A DNA stretch of 64,000 nucleotides, taken from Patescibacteria group bacterium (GTDB taxonomy: Bacteria > Patescibacteriota > Microgenomatia > UBA1400 > PJMF01). Under the pieces are notes generated by a model. The model saw nothing but the letters and a program-made list of their open reading frames with translations. It did no database searches and was not told where the DNA came from. The first letter of the stretch is position 1, and each line of letters opens with the position of its first letter. The DNA lies in contig JBBDKV010000017.1 of assembly GCA_040879165.1 (NCBI GenBank), forward strand, positions 23,739 through 87,738. Reading direction: 5' to 3'. Shown here piece by piece: positions 38,549-46,378 of the stretch. The position numbers and the translations under genes were made by a program.

Positions 38549-39115
38549 ATGAAAAATATCGAAGTTAGAACACAACTGGGTGGCAAGTTCTCCAGAGAAG
38601 ATGATGGGATATTTGTATTAAAGAAGCAACTGAAAAGTTTGGGAGTTGCAGTCACTTTTCCAGAGGGGGACAATATAATTGGTGATCACAATGGTATCCC
38701 AGTCACCTTTAACCCAAATGAGAAAGATTTCTATCAAGTTGAACTTGAATATTTAGCCTCTATTCGAGATAGCTCACTTCATATTGTTTATAACAATAAA
38801 CCAGATGTGTCTGGATATATCGGGGAGAGCGCAAGTCTCGAGATGCTGTATGCCATTGCACATAACAAACCTATCATTATCATGTACAGTCCTATAGTTC
38901 TATCCAATACAGTTTGGGATGAGGTCAGAGAGCCTATTAGCAGAAATCAAAATGAGTTTTTTCAGATACGATTCGATCTTTTAACTCCTGAAGAAGTGCT
39001 ATCAATAATCGATAGGGCTGCTCAAAGCACCCCAAAATATAAACTAACCTCTGAGGAATCTGAAAAAGTATTTCCGCTTATATTAAAGTTAATGAGGCAG
39101 TACAGAAATAGATAG
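38549..39115 (+). CDS. Nucleoside 2-deoxyribosyltransferase-like (Rossmannoid NDT/SLOG/TIR-class) protein
   Basis: GYIGESASLEMLYAIAHNKPIIIM resembles the GTAxEiGyAxAxgKPvi core of the NDT family. Inference. Confidence 0.35.
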   Translation: MKNIEVRTQLGGKFSREDDGIFVLKKQLKSLGVAVTFPEGDNIIGDHNGIPVTFNPNEKDFYQVELEYLASIRDSSLHIVYNNKPDVSGYIGESASLEMLYAIAHNKPIIIMYSPIVLSNTVWDEVREPISRNQNEFFQIRFDLLTPEEVLSIIDRAAQSTPKYKLTSEESEKVFPLILKLMRQYRNR

Positions 39116-39211
39116 GTGCAGTATGAGCACAAAACCAGATAAAAAAATTATTCAGCAAAGAGTTGATCCGCGCCACACATTCATACAAAAAAATCCAGCT
39201 TCGCGGGATTT

Positions 39212-39238
39212 TTCTGTATGAGCGGGTGAAGGGAGTCT
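39212..39238 (-). repeat. Partial direct copy of the tRNA-Gly 3' end (about 25 nt with a 3-nt indel)
   Basis: tttttctg(tat)gagcgggtgaagggagtc here versus tttttctgagcgggtgaagggagtc at the genuine tRNA 3' end (39363-39386). Confidence 0.6.
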
Positions 39239-39334
39239 ACGACTCACTCGTTTCACTCGTTCGCATGCATTAGCCAGCCCCGCTGGAGCGGGGTTGGCGG
39301 CAGAACCAAAGAGTTGATCCATGCCACCACCTCA

Positions 39335-39367
39335 GAAAAATATTGACCCTGTCGGGTCATTATTTTT
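39335..39367 (-). terminator. Rho-independent terminator downstream of tRNA-Gly
   Basis: Hairpin gaccc-tgtc-gggtc flanked by an A-run and a T-run, reading on the minus strand. Confidence 0.5.
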
Positions 39368-39370
39368 CTG

Positions 39371-39442
39371 AGCGGGTGAAGGGAGTCGAACCCTCGTCAC
39401 CAGTTTGGAAAACTGGAGCTCTGACCGTTGAGCTACACCCGC
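39371..39442 (-). tRNA. tRNA-Gly (TCC)
   Basis: Acceptor GCGGGTG/CACCCGC. D-arm GCTCAACGGTCAGAGC. Anticodon stem CCAGT/ACTGG with loop TTTCCAA. T-arm GAGGG-TTCGACT-CCCTT. Confidence 0.85.
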
Positions 39443-39551
39443 GCAATTCATTTGTTTGTTAAATAACTAGAACACTCTGTATTGTACTGCCAATTGGTAT
39501 TCTGGGCAAATGCTTGTGCACGTTGAGCTTTGAATCAAAAAAACAGCTCTG

Positions 39552-40811
39552 CTATGCTGGCACCTTCGCCTGCAGATCTGCCTTACGACTCGCTCGCAGT
39601 GACACACCAAACGCAACCAAAAACAGCACAAGGCCCAGAATGAACACACCTGGAATACTATACGTCGCCACCACACCAGCCATCAGTGGACCGCCGATTT
39701 GCCCAAGCGACATGTACGAAGCGTTGATTCCCAGCAAACCACCTTGCTCTTTGGAACTTGCACGTTCAGAAATCATCCCTGAAATAATCGTCAAAATTGG
39801 TCCACTAAACATCATGTACACAAACAAAAATGCCACAAACATTGAAAAATTGCTTATAAACCCAAGCGCTCCAATCAGCGCAGCAGCACCCAGCTCTGCT
39901 CCGAGAATGATGTGTTCGTGATTGGTAATTTTCCTAAGCAGCACTCGAATACCCACTGCCTGCATCAGCAAATTCACCAGCCCCGAAGCCGCAAACAACA
40001 AGCCAATCTCGCGAGGACTCAACATCAGCACATCGACTGTATACGATTGAAATCCAATAAAAAACGCATTTTGCGCCAGCGAAATTATCAGCACCGTCAA
40101 CATCAGCATGCCCATCACTGGTCGCTTCAGTACACCCACAAATGCTTTAAAGTCAAAAAATGGCTCATCACCCCGCACCTTTTTATTCTTATCATCCAGC
40201 GTTTCCTCCAGGAAAAAGTAGCCAAAAATAGTTGCAGTCAGTGCCAAGCCAGCTGCAAACCAGAAGGGAAACGTAATATTGATTTCACTCAATAACCCAC
40301 CAATTGCTGGTCCAATCAAAAAACCAAAACCAAACGACGCTCCAAGTAGACCAAACGCCTTCGCCCGCTCCTTACCCTCCACTCGATCAGCGATCACAGC
40401 CTGAGCCACCGACATATTCCCCCCAGTGATACCATCGAGAATTCGCGCTAGAAAAAGCATTAGCACCGAAGTGGCTGAAGCAAAAAAGGCCAATGACAAA
40501 CTGGTACCCAACAAACTAAGCAGGAGCAATGGTCGCCGTCCATAAATATCCGATAACCTTCCGATAATGGGAGTTGCCAAAAACTGAAACAACGAAAACG
40601 AGGCAAACAAAAAACTCAAGCCAAGTGGATCAATGCCAAATCGACTTGCATATGGGTAGAGCAGGGGAATGATAGTGCCATATGATAGCGCATTGATCAA
40701 CATCAATACCGCTAAGAACACCAAAGTTCGCTTATGTGAATCTGTTTGATCAGGAGGCAATGCCGAACGAGCAGTAAGGATTCTGGAGAAAAACATATAG
40801 CTTGCTCTCAA
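39552..40811 (-). CDS. MFS transporter (drug/H+ antiporter-like)
   Basis: Twelve predicted TM segments. MFS motif A GRLSDIYGRRPLLL. Confidence 0.85.
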   Translation of the reverse strand: MRASYMFFSRILTARSALPPDQTDSHKRTLVFLAVLMLINALSYGTIIPLLYPYASRFGIDPLGLSFLFASFSLFQFLATPIIGRLSDIYGRRPLLLLSLLGTSLSLAFFASATSVLMLFLARILDGITGGNMSVAQAVIADRVEGKERAKAFGLLGASFGFGFLIGPAIGGLLSEINITFPFWFAAGLALTATIFGYFFLEETLDDKNKKVRGDEPFFDFKAFVGVLKRPVMGMLMLTVLIISLAQNAFFIGFQSYTVDVLMLSPREIGLLFAASGLVNLLMQAVGIRVLLRKITNHEHIILGAELGAAALIGALGFISNFSMFVAFLFVYMMFSGPILTIISGMISERASSKEQGGLLGINASYMSLGQIGGPLMAGVVATYSIPGVFILGLVLFLVAFGVSLRASRKADLQAKVPA

Positions 40812-40977
40812 AACTCATAACTATGTCAGCGATTACATTCACTAACAAACAAAAACTGCACTGAACAAGTGGGTGTTCGGCTTGAGGAAAGTATTATACC
40901 TTACTAGGCACTACTAATGCTATAATTGTCTCTGTAGAAATCTAGATCCAAAATAGTCAAATTTTGGCAGACTTCTT

Positions 40978-41061
40978 GGCCCGGTGGCGGAATTGGTAGA
41001 CGCGTCAGACTTAAAATCTGATGATGGCAACATTGTGTGGGTTCGAGTCCCACCCGGGCCA
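40978..41061 (+). tRNA. tRNA-Leu (TAA), class II with a long variable arm
   Basis: Acceptor GGCCCGG/CCGGGCC. D-loop GAATTGGTAGA. Anticodon stem TCAGA/TCTGA with loop CTTAAAA. T-arm GTGGG-TTCGAGT-CCCAC. Confidence 0.85.
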
Positions 41062-41086
41062 CAATTGAGTTATAATACAGAACGAA

Positions 41087-41153
41087 TCAGGGAGTAGCTC
41101 AGATGGTAGGTGCGCCCCGCTTAGCGGGGTGAGGTCACTACCTGCGACCCTGA
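41087..41153 (+). pseudogene. Degenerate tRNA-Pro-like copy
   Basis: The 5' half (GGGAGTAGCTCAGATGGTAG-GTGCGC) is near-identical to tRNA-Pro, with a 1-nt deletion in the D-stem. The anticodon region is replaced by a tight CCCCGC-TTA-GCGGGG hairpin, with no T-arm or acceptor closure. Confidence 0.4.
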
Positions 41154-41179
41154 TACAATATATTCGGCGTATGTATAGC

Positions 41180-41252
41180 CGGGGAGTAGCTCAGATGGTA
41201 GAGTGCGCGCTTTGGGAGCGTGAGGTCGCAGGTTCGAGCCCTGTCTCCCCGA
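41180..41252 (+). tRNA. tRNA-Pro (TGG)
   Basis: Acceptor CGGGGAG/CTCCCCG. D-arm GCTCAGATGGTAGAGT. Anticodon stem CGCGC/GCGTG with loop TTTGGGA. T-arm GCAGG-TTCGAGC-CCTGT. Confidence 0.85.
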
Positions 41253-41281
41253 CATAGTAAGCAACGCGAGTAAAAAGGGGA

Positions 41282-41323
41282 GAACAAGGCGAGAAGTTTA
41301 CCCCGCAAAGCGGGGAGTCCTGT
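41282..41323 (+). repeat. GAGAAGTTTACCCC + CCCCGC-AAA-GCGGGG hairpin + partial copy of the tRNA-Pro 3' end (cctgtctccccga)
   Basis: A 13-nt exact repeat of tRNA-Pro 41240-41252 lies at 41310-41322. It is preceded by a perfect GC-rich hairpin and a leader also found downstream of tRNA-Gln. Confidence 0.6.
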
Positions 41324-41351
41324 CTCCCCGATAAGTAGTTAGGAGTTCAAA

Positions 41352-41669
41352 ATGAATGAAGAGCCAAAATTTAGTAAATTTGATAGTTTAAGAGATGCGA
41401 TGAAAAGCAAGGCTGAAATGAAAGCAAGCGGCCTTGAAGCCCAAGAAGAATTAAGAGAACAAATAGAAACAGGCGAATATTTCCAAGCCCTAAGACTCCA
41501 GCGTGGCTTATCAACAACAGAACTCGCAAATAAAATTAGAGAAGTTGAAAAAGTTGAAGTAGACCCATATCAAATTACTTTATTAGAAGGTGGCGGACTG
41601 CAAAATAGAAAACTGTATTCAAAACTGTGTAAGTTGTTGGAAAAATACTTTTCAACTCATAATCAGTAG
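41352..41669 (+). CDS. XRE-like HTH protein
   Basis: QALRLQRGLSTTELANKIRE is a Cro/C1-type HTH. 105 aa. Confidence 0.45.
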   Translation: MNEEPKFSKFDSLRDAMKSKAEMKASGLEAQEELREQIETGEYFQALRLQRGLSTTELANKIREVEKVEVDPYQITLLEGGGLQNRKLYSKLCKLLEKYFSTHNQ

Positions 41670-41686
41670 TAAATATTCTCTTATCC

Positions 41687-43504
41687 TTACAACCGCTGCT
41701 TCTCCCACAACTGAGCAAATGCTCCCGCTTGATTGATCAACTGCTTGAAGCTTCCTCGTTCAATAATTTTGCCCTCGTGCATCACCACAATTTCGTCCAT
41801 TTCTTTGATCGTAGATAATCGATGAGCAATTACCACCGCAGTTACCCGCTGGAAAAACTGATGCAGCGATGCTTGAATTTTCCTCTCAGAATCAACATCA
41901 AGATGCGAGGTTGCCTCATCCATCAACAACAGATCTGGCTGACGATAGAGAGCACGGGCAATCCCCAGCCGCTGCTTCTCTCCACCAGACAGCTTAACGC
42001 CCTTTTCGCCAATTACCGTATGCATTCCCTCAGGCAGTCGCTCGACCACCTCCTGCAGATGCGCGTTCTGAATCGACTTTAATATTCGTTCCTCGTCTGG
42101 TTTTTCCTGAGGCTGCGCACCAATTAAAATATTTTCTCTCAGTGTCAGATTGAATAATTCCGTATCCTGCAACACCACCGACAGGTGGTTGATATAGTCT
42201 TGGCGTGAAATATTTGTCAGTGAAATGTCATCGATCAAAATTTCTCCTTCATAATCCTCATACAAATCAAGCAATAGACTAAACAGGGTCGACTTTCCCG
42301 CTCCAGACAACCCAACGATACCAATTTTTTGACCACGATTGATGGTAAGATTAAAATTAAGTAGCACCTTTTTCTGGCCATATGAAAACGTCACATTCTT
42401 AAACTCAATCTTCTTCCAATTTTCAGGTACAACTTGCTGCTGAGAAACTCGTGTGCCTTCGATTGTCGGCAGAGTAAGCAAAATCTCCTTTAACCGATAG
42501 AACTGCAATTTATTTATCACCAACTCATGAGCCACATCGGCCAGCTCAAACACAGCCTCTTCCACTTTGCCAAAATATCCTACAAACAGAACTAGGATTG
42601 CAGCCGAAAACTCACCCTGTAAAATTTGATACACAATGTAACTAATCATGCCTACTTCAAAAATGAAGTAAAAGACACTCAAGGCGCCGTTTCGATACTG
42701 AAAAAGCGCAACTCTTTTTTGAATTGCTCCGTAAGTCTGATTAGTGTAGGAATTCAGGCTACTCAAAATTGCCCGATGAATACTCAGTGATTTCACCGTT
42801 TTAATATTATTAAGCGCCTCATAACTAAAGCCTTCTAAATCTTCTTGATATTGATTCACCACATACGCTTGATGGGCGGCTCGCTTTGTAAGAATAGAGG
42901 AGAGGATGAAGTAGACCACCATAAAGATAAACATTGTGATAGCCAAATGTAGATCAAGTGCCAAGAAAATAAGAAAGATACTTATTGAGTTTAGACATGC
43001 TTCAATGATGACATTGAAAAATATTCTGATCGTACCATCAAGCGCTCGACTACCATGATCAATTCGCTTTATTTTATTGCCAATTTTCTCTTTTTCTTGC
43101 CAGGAAATATCCAAACTGAAAATATGTCGAAACGCCTGCAATCGAGTATCTAGTGCCACCCGTTCACTTACTTGATATCCAAGCCACTTAGCAGACTGAT
43201 GAGCCACTGAGTGATACATCACAGCTACCAACCAACCCACCAGCAACCAGATTGCTTCCTGCGTTTTATCGGCTGCAGAAATAGCAGTGGCATCCGTCAG
43301 CAACACCACCAATCTGCTTAAAGCAAAGGTGGGGTATAGATTAACGACATCACTACTGAGTCGTAAAAAAGCACCCAACAAGAACTTGGCCTTGTACGGC
43401 TGAATCAATTTGATCAAATCAGTAACAAATTCGAGAACCGAATACTGAATGGTGCTAGTAGAAAATGACTTATTTGGCACCAGGGTATTGTACAGGAAAG
43501 TCAA
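41687..43504 (-). CDS. ABC transporter, fused permease/ATP-binding exporter (MsbA-like)
   Basis: An N-terminal six-TM domain. Walker A GLSGAGKST, signature LSGGEKQRL and Walker B LLLMDEATSHLD. Confidence 0.9.
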   Translation of the reverse strand: MTFLYNTLVPNKSFSTSTIQYSVLEFVTDLIKLIQPYKAKFLLGAFLRLSSDVVNLYPTFALSRLVVLLTDATAISAADKTQEAIWLLVGWLVAVMYHSVAHQSAKWLGYQVSERVALDTRLQAFRHIFSLDISWQEKEKIGNKIKRIDHGSRALDGTIRIFFNVIIEACLNSISIFLIFLALDLHLAITMFIFMVVYFILSSILTKRAAHQAYVVNQYQEDLEGFSYEALNNIKTVKSLSIHRAILSSLNSYTNQTYGAIQKRVALFQYRNGALSVFYFIFEVGMISYIVYQILQGEFSAAILVLFVGYFGKVEEAVFELADVAHELVINKLQFYRLKEILLTLPTIEGTRVSQQQVVPENWKKIEFKNVTFSYGQKKVLLNFNLTINRGQKIGIVGLSGAGKSTLFSLLLDLYEDYEGEILIDDISLTNISRQDYINHLSVVLQDTELFNLTLRENILIGAQPQEKPDEERILKSIQNAHLQEVVERLPEGMHTVIGEKGVKLSGGEKQRLGIARALYRQPDLLLMDEATSHLDVDSERKIQASLHQFFQRVTAVVIAHRLSTIKEMDEIVVMHEGKIIERGSFKQLINQAGAFAQLWEKQRL

Positions 43505-43676
43505 GAGTCTGTTATGACTAAAAACAAATACAGCTAGTGTAAGATTGCAGCAAATCCTATTGTCACCAAAATCTGATACGGTACTATCAATACAGCGTTA
43601 TCACTTGATCTAAGAGTTCAAAGACAATGTCTCGGTTAATCTTGCCATTTCTTCAACTCCCAGCTATAACTAAACC

Positions 43677-44324
43677 ATGGAAAATACGCAATCTCCTGTA
43701 GAAACTCCCGCAGAAACTACACCGCCTAAAAAACGAATTAGTTGGTACTGGTATCTCATCGGAGGCGTACTTATTGCTGCGTTGGCTAGTGCTTATTTTA
43801 ACCAACACGACCCTGCCCCCACACAGCCGCCAGAGGAGTATGCTCAAACCATACGTTGGGACGAGTGGAAGAGCAGTGATCCTGAGGACAACCAGTTGGA
43901 GCTCACAGATGAGCTTGTCACTGAGATGCTTGAGACCGAGTATGAACAAGTGGCATTTTTACAGTACCAGCCAGATGAAGAATTTCCTGGGGAAGAAGTT
44001 TCTCCCTTGGGGATAGCGTTGGTGAATATTGAAGAAGAACGAACACTAGCTCAGATCACTGTTGACGGCTTGGAGTTTGTGCCACAAGAATATCGCTACG
44101 CTGCTTGGATGCTTAATCCCGAAACAGAAAACTACCGCTTGCTCGGTCCGCTAGTTCCAGTTGCGGATCAAATGGGCGAGCGCCCAGCTTGGGAGTTATT
44201 GTATGGTGTAACAGAAGCATGGCCGGCAGAAGCCACTATCATTGTCACTCAAGAAACCTCTGGCGAGGCGCCAATTGAACCAACAATGCCACCGTTACTC
44301 GCCGGACAGCTTGATTCTCTCTAG
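43677..44324 (+). CDS. Hypothetical acidic, Pro/Glu-rich membrane-anchored protein
   Basis: An N-terminal TM helix (ISWYWYLIGGVLIAALASAYF) followed by an acidic low-complexity domain. Confidence 0.45.
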   Translation: MENTQSPVETPAETTPPKKRISWYWYLIGGVLIAALASAYFNQHDPAPTQPPEEYAQTIRWDEWKSSDPEDNQLELTDELVTEMLETEYEQVAFLQYQPDEEFPGEEVSPLGIALVNIEEERTLAQITVDGLEFVPQEYRYAAWMLNPETENYRLLGPLVPVADQMGERPAWELLYGVTEAWPAEATIIVTQETSGEAPIEPTMPPLLAGQLDSL

Positions 44325-44330
44325 GATACA

Positions 44331-45131
44331 GTGAAAAACTTTCAAACATATATTCTCTGGTGGTATTCGCAGTACGGACGGACACATCTTCCTTGGCGCC
44401 AGACTACCGATCCATATCGAATACTCGTGTCAGAATTAATGCTTCAACAAACGCAGGTGGATCGAGTTATCCCCAAGTACAATGCATTTCTCAAACAATT
44501 TCCAACTGTTCAGGTGCTTGCTACCGCACGCCTCGGTGCAGTTCTGACTGCTTGGCAAGGACTTGGTTACAATCGTCGGGCGAAATACTTGCATCAATTA
44601 GCACAAACCGTAACTCGGGATGCTTCTGGCATATTTCCAAAATCTGAGACGGAATTACTGAATTTGCCTGGTGTTGGATCCTACACTGCCTCTGCAATCA
44701 CTGCCTTTGCATATAATCAACCTACAGTTGTTATTGAAACCAATATACGAGCAGTCTATATTTATCACTTTTTTCCAGAAAAGTCCCAGGTTAAAGACGA
44801 TGAGTTGCTTCTTCTCATTAGCGATTCATTGTACAAAAAAAATCCTCGTCTTTGGTATTCCGCTTTGATGGATTACGGAACTCAGCTTAAAAAAATATTT
44901 CCAAATCCCAACAGAAACAGCAGGCAATACGCTAGGCAAAGCACTTTTCAAGGATCATTACGTCAAACGAGGGGAGAGATTATTCGCATGCTTTCTGTCC
45001 ATTCCAATCTTTCTGAAACAAAACTGTTACAACAACTCACTTCCAATCCAGAGCATCACGCCAAAGCCTTGGAAAGTTTGATCAAAGAGCAGCTAGTTCT
45101 CAGAGAAAAAACCACTATTCGTTTGGCTTAA
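44331..45131 (+). CDS. HhH-GPD DNA glycosylase (MutY/Nth-like adenine glycosylase)
   Basis: WYSQYGRTHLPWRQTTDPYRILVSELMLQQTQV and the HhH LLNLPGVGSYTASAI with a downstream Asp. No clear 4Fe-4S Cys cluster seen. Confidence 0.7.
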   Translation: MKNFQTYILWWYSQYGRTHLPWRQTTDPYRILVSELMLQQTQVDRVIPKYNAFLKQFPTVQVLATARLGAVLTAWQGLGYNRRAKYLHQLAQTVTRDASGIFPKSETELLNLPGVGSYTASAITAFAYNQPTVVIETNIRAVYIYHFFPEKSQVKDDELLLLISDSLYKKNPRLWYSALMDYGTQLKKIFPNPNRNSRQYARQSTFQGSLRQTRGEIIRMLSVHSNLSETKLLQQLTSNPEHHAKALESLIKEQLVLREKTTIRLA

Positions 45132-45177
45132 TTACCCAAACCTTTCACAATACAAAATTTACTGGTACAGTACTTCC

Positions 45178-46338
45178 ATGTCATCACTTGCTCAAACGCT
45201 TAGACCAAAAACACTTGATGAAGTTATTGGCCAATCTCACCTCATAAGCCAGGGAAAACCACTCCGCGCAGCTCTTGAAAAAGATCATATTTTCTCTATT
45301 ATTTTTTGGGGACCACCTGGAGTTGGAAAGACCACACTAGCACGAATTATTGCCAATCATCTTGATCGAGATTTCTACGAAGTTTCAGCAGTCAGCGCTG
45401 GAAAAAAACGGCTTCAAGAAATTGTCCTTGAAGCGCAACAGCTACTCTCCCCAAAAGCTCCAGTATTATTTGTCGATGAAATTCATCGCTTTAATAAAGC
45501 GCAGCAAGACTACCTACTTCCTTATGTTGAAGATGGCACAATCATTCTGATAGGAGCAACCACTGAGAACCCAAGTTTTGAGGTCATCTCAGCTTTACTT
45601 TCTCGTACAAAAGTATTTACTCTTAAACCACTTTCCTCATCTGAATTATTACTTTTGTTAAAAAAAGTAGTCAAGCATCTGAGCATTACTCCACCACTTA
45701 CTTCAGATACCAAAGAATGGCTCATCAATTTTTCTGCTGGTGATGCTCGCAAGCTTCTCAACTTAATTGAGCAAACAAAAATTCTTTTTGATGAAGTATC
45801 ACTTGAGAACTTAAAGAAAACGCTTCAAAGTTCAGCAATTAAGTACGATAAGGATGGGGAAGAACATTACGATACAATAAGTGCTTTTATCAAGTCCATG
45901 CGCGCCAGCAACGTCGATGCGTCACTCTATTATTTGGCTCGAATGGTGCACGCAGGAGAGGACCCTACATTTATCGCTCGACGAATGGTGATCTTTGCCA
46001 GCGAAGACATTGGTTTGGCTGCACCGACGGCACTGGTGGTTGCCAATGCAGTGTTTGATGCAGTAACAAAGATTGGCTATCCCGAAGCCCAGATCAATCT
46101 CGCTCATGGTGTGGCATACTTGGCCAGCTGTAAAAAGAATCGTTCAGCCTATGACGCTTATTTTTCAGCACTAGCAGATGTTGAAAAATTTGGCAATCTA
46201 CCCATTCCCCTCAATCTGAGAAATGCGCCCACAGCTTTGATGAAAGAGTTGGGATATGGCAAGAATTACGAGATGTATCCAGACACCAAAAAATCCCTAC
46301 TACCTGACAAGCTTGCAAAGAAAAACTACTTCAAGTAG
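45178..46338 (+). CDS. rarA: Replication-associated recombination protein A (RarA/MgsA AAA+ ATPase)
   Basis: Walker A GPPGVGKTT and Walker B LFVDEIHRFNK. C-terminal MgsA-type domain (ARRMVIFASEDIGLA). Confidence 0.85.
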   Translation: MSSLAQTLRPKTLDEVIGQSHLISQGKPLRAALEKDHIFSIIFWGPPGVGKTTLARIIANHLDRDFYEVSAVSAGKKRLQEIVLEAQQLLSPKAPVLFVDEIHRFNKAQQDYLLPYVEDGTIILIGATTENPSFEVISALLSRTKVFTLKPLSSSELLLLLKKVVKHLSITPPLTSDTKEWLINFSAGDARKLLNLIEQTKILFDEVSLENLKKTLQSSAIKYDKDGEEHYDTISAFIKSMRASNVDASLYYLARMVHAGEDPTFIARRMVIFASEDIGLAAPTALVVANAVFDAVTKIGYPEAQINLAHGVAYLASCKKNRSAYDAYFSALADVEKFGNLPIPLNLRNAPTALMKELGYGKNYEMYPDTKKSLLPDKLAKKNYFK

Positions 46339-46378
46339 CCCTACACTCTATGCAAGAATTGGTGTGTACACTTGTAAC

